Shown here piece by piece: positions 61,150 to 64,000 of a DNA stretch of 64,000 nt. Source of the DNA: the human T2T-CHM13v2.0 reference genome, Homo sapiens; NCBI RefSeq assembly GCF_009914755.1, contig NC_060938.1; one strand, 5' to 3'. A model generated the notes under the pieces. That model was not told where the DNA came from. It worked only from the letters and a program-made list of their open reading frames with translations, and made no database searches. The position numbers were made by a program, and so were the translations under genes. The number at the start of each line of letters is the position of its first letter. Within the stretch, counting starts at the first letter, position 1.

Positions 61150-61370
61150 AGCATGATGATTAAGAGCTTGGTTTCTGGAATCTGACTATAACATTTCTTC
61201 TACTTGCTATCTTTGGAATCTGAGACACATTCCTTAACCTCTTTGGGTCTTAGTTTCCTCATCTGTAAATAATAATAATAAGGGTTACTACCCATAGTGT
61301 TGTTATGAGTTTTAGATGAGTTACTATTGGTAAAGCAGAGAACAGTGTCTGGCACATAAGAAGGGCTTGC
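61150..61370 (+). mobile_element. MIR
   Basis: CTTAACCTCTTTGGGTCTTAGTTTCCTCATCTGTAAA core. Confidence 0.8.
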
Positions 61371-61869
61371 TATTGCTATTTTAAGAAATAGTTAAGCCTA
61401 TAGGGTCTTGACATCCAGGTTGGCTATAGTTTGTGGGTTCAGGAAACCTGAAGATTCTATTCACACCTGGCCTAGGATCTCTGTGAAAAGTTTTGAGTTA
61501 TGACTCCAGAGCTGGCTCTGGAAAGTTTCCCATTGGTCAGATGAGTACATGTGAGAAATGGAATTGAGTACGAATATAGCCATTTGCAAAAATTTTGGCC
61601 TGAGGCTAAGATGAGTTACATTGATTGACTCAGAAGTCGTGGCAATAGTCTAGCCCTATGTACTAGAAGTTCTGTTATTTCAGCAAGAAATAGTTAAAGA
61701 AAATTCATCAGAGGATCCTAAGGCTCAATGAAATTCTGAATTCAAAATCTCTTTCAGAAAAGTCACTTACCGTTACAGTAGGTTCCAGTTAGTTGAAGTG
61801 TAGTCAACCCGAGCTTTGGTTAAATAATCATGTGGTTCTGAACCACGTGGAGCAAATGGTAATGGAGAA

Positions 61870-62642
61870 TGTGGTCACTCATCTCCAAAGCTGGCCCACA
61901 GGGAAGTCTCCTTTCCAGCACTCACACTTGTTTGGTCTTCTCCCCATGAATCCAGGATGGTCCTCCAACTTGCTTTTGCCCCCACAGAGTGCAGGGGATG
62001 CAATGCTCTGTGGCTTCTGAGGCTAGGTCATAAGAAGGCTCACAGATTTTGCCTTTCTTCCTGGAAGGCTCTGGGGGAGGCTAGTCATGAGGCAAAAAGT
62101 CCAACTCTCTGGAAACAGCCATGCTGTGAGGAAGTGGTGTACCAAGGCTGGGGGCAGTGGGAATGGTCCACTTAAAAGTACAGAGATTAAAGGGATGCAT
62201 TGTCTATAAAGAATTTAAAAAGTTTACTAAAACCAACTAAAAGTTGGTCTTCCTTTTCTTATCAGCATGCACAAGCAATTCTAAACAAGGCTCAGCGATA
62301 ACATATCCCTTCCCATGAGTGGATCACTCCCACTGCCTCTTTCACACACCCTGCCTCCTGCAAGCCAATGCTGTGAAGCCCAACCTAGCCATGTGGCAAG
62401 GGAGATGTCTGCCCAGTCTCCAGCTGCTCCAGCCATCCCAGCTCAGGCACCAGTCACTTGAGGGAAGAAGCCATCTTGGATGTCCAGCCTAGTCTGGCTT
62501 TGAGAAGACTCTAGCTCCTGCTGCCATCTTACTGCAGTTTCATGAAGGATCAAATGTCATAGCCATCCAGCCGAGCCTTGGCAAACTACAGACTGTATAA
62601 GGAGTTTTTTTAGGGCACTCTGTTACGCAGCAATTGATAAAC
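61870..62642 (+). mobile_element. MaLR LTR (MLT1G/H-like) interrupted by MER63A
   Basis: TTCTGAGGCTAGGTCATAAGAAGGC...GAAGAAGCCATCTTGGATGTCCAGCC...TGTTACGCAGCAATTGATAA. Confidence 0.7.
62132..62370 (+). mobile_element. MER63A-like hAT element
   Basis: AGTGGTGTACCAAGG..., AAAACCAACTAAAAGTTGGTCT; 8-bp TSD CTGTGAGG / CTGTGAAG. Confidence 0.7.
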
Positions 62643-64000
62643 AAAAAAGAGAAGAGGCATGCAAGAAGAAGAGAGCCTCTTCTCTCTTAAAATAGCAACA
62701 AGTGTCCTTGGCTGTGTGGGGTCTCTAGAGATCAGCTAATCTTGATGTTGACAGAGGCCAAAAGTACTTGATTTCACTACCGGATGGAAATTATATCTGT
62801 GTAGATGTTGCTAAGCAACAAGAGATCAGAAACCTATAAGGAGTGACCATATAATGCAAAGCATTGAGTCAGCCAACTGAGTTCCTCCTGCACTTATTTT
62901 TTAGAACCTGCTTATAAAAGAAGCAATGTCCACAATGTGTGGGGGGAGGAAAGTCTCCTGGGACCTTAAGAGGAAAGCGTACACTTCATCATAATTTGCC
63001 TGCAATGATCAGCAAACGAAAAAGTCAATACACAACCTGAAAAATGGTCATTGTTTGTGATTTAAAAGAAGAGTAAGCTTTAGGAATAAATACTAACATC
63101 ACTGGGAACTCTGTCTCATCCTCACATCCTTTGAAAAGGCATTTGTAAGTGTTAAAATCCTTTCCCCTTGAAATACCACAAAGCTGCAAATATTTATTAA
63201 AACATCCAAATCAGTAATGTCTTTCTGAGATTTACAAGGATATTATTAGGTGGTCAGTGAACTTGAGGGTTTTTTTGCAAGTCAGTGGGACCTAAAAACT
63301 TTTCCTTTGGCTGGTCAGAGAAGCAGGCTGAGAAAGGGGGACTCTTACTGAGGGTTTTGTGAATAGCCTAGTAGCAGGTGCACACGAAAACACTAATGGT
63401 CAGAATAAAGTCTACACCCCTTAACTGTTCCTCACCAGCAATCATTTTCATTATTTCTGCTCAGTGACCTTTCATTCCCTCCATTTTTCTCTGATAATTA
63501 GATTTCTTAAATTAAAAAAGGTAGGGGGAGAAATGATAAGCTCAATAGAAGACAAACAGGAATTGAATGGATGTATGCATTTATTTTTAATATGTTTTAG
63601 CAAAACCTGTATGTACCTGCCCCCCCCCCCGCAACACATACACATCATTGGGCTTTAGAATCCTTGCTGAGATGTGGGTTTGAGGGAGATAACCACGTGT
63701 GGTGAGTTGCAGAGCCTGCCCTCCGCCTGCCACCGTTGCTGTGGGGAGCGCACTCTCTGTCGAGCGCTGCTGTAGCAGACCCACCAAATCCCATGTAAGT
63801 GGTCAGAGCACAAATGAGGTTGTCGGTGGGTAGTCCTACCCTATTCATGAGCTCTTTCAGAACAATTTTCATTACTTTTTTTAAATACTGTTTTTGGCAA
63901 ACACTTGATACTTGAAATAAAAAATGCATGAGTCACCTACTGGGATAGGCACAGTGTGTGGTTCATTGAATTTAGCTAAATTGTGAGTCATCCATCAATA

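Overview
Primate (human-like) non-coding genomic DNA: AT-rich, no CpG island, no intact protein-coding gene, RNA gene or CRISPR array. Most listed ORFs are chance frames or translations of Alu, L1, Tigger1 or ERV sequence. Recognisable content: a full-length, frameshifted ILF2 (NF45) processed pseudogene with a TSD (~48.6-50.2 kb, minus); a ~3.1 kb, multiply deleted HERV-S/HERVL18-type provirus (LTR18-like LTRs, tRNA-Ser PBS, CAAGT TSD) inside a MER5A; a near full-length Tigger1 nested in an old L1; a 242-bp mRNA 3'-end retrocopy with a perfect 16-bp TSD and a (CA)n tail; about 17 Alu elements or fragments; and many L1, L2, MIR, MaLR and MER relics. Several repeat-poor, homeodomain-motif-rich blocks resemble enhancers of a developmental gene desert. 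I find no evidence of a new biological system. The most unusual structure is an AluJ at 37.1-38.2 kb holding a nested Alu plus two locally templated insertions: an inverted ~383-bp copy from ~2 kb upstream and a direct ~114-bp copy from ~1.9 kb downstream. Repeat subfamily names are from recalled consensus sequences; boundaries without a stated TSD are approximate.
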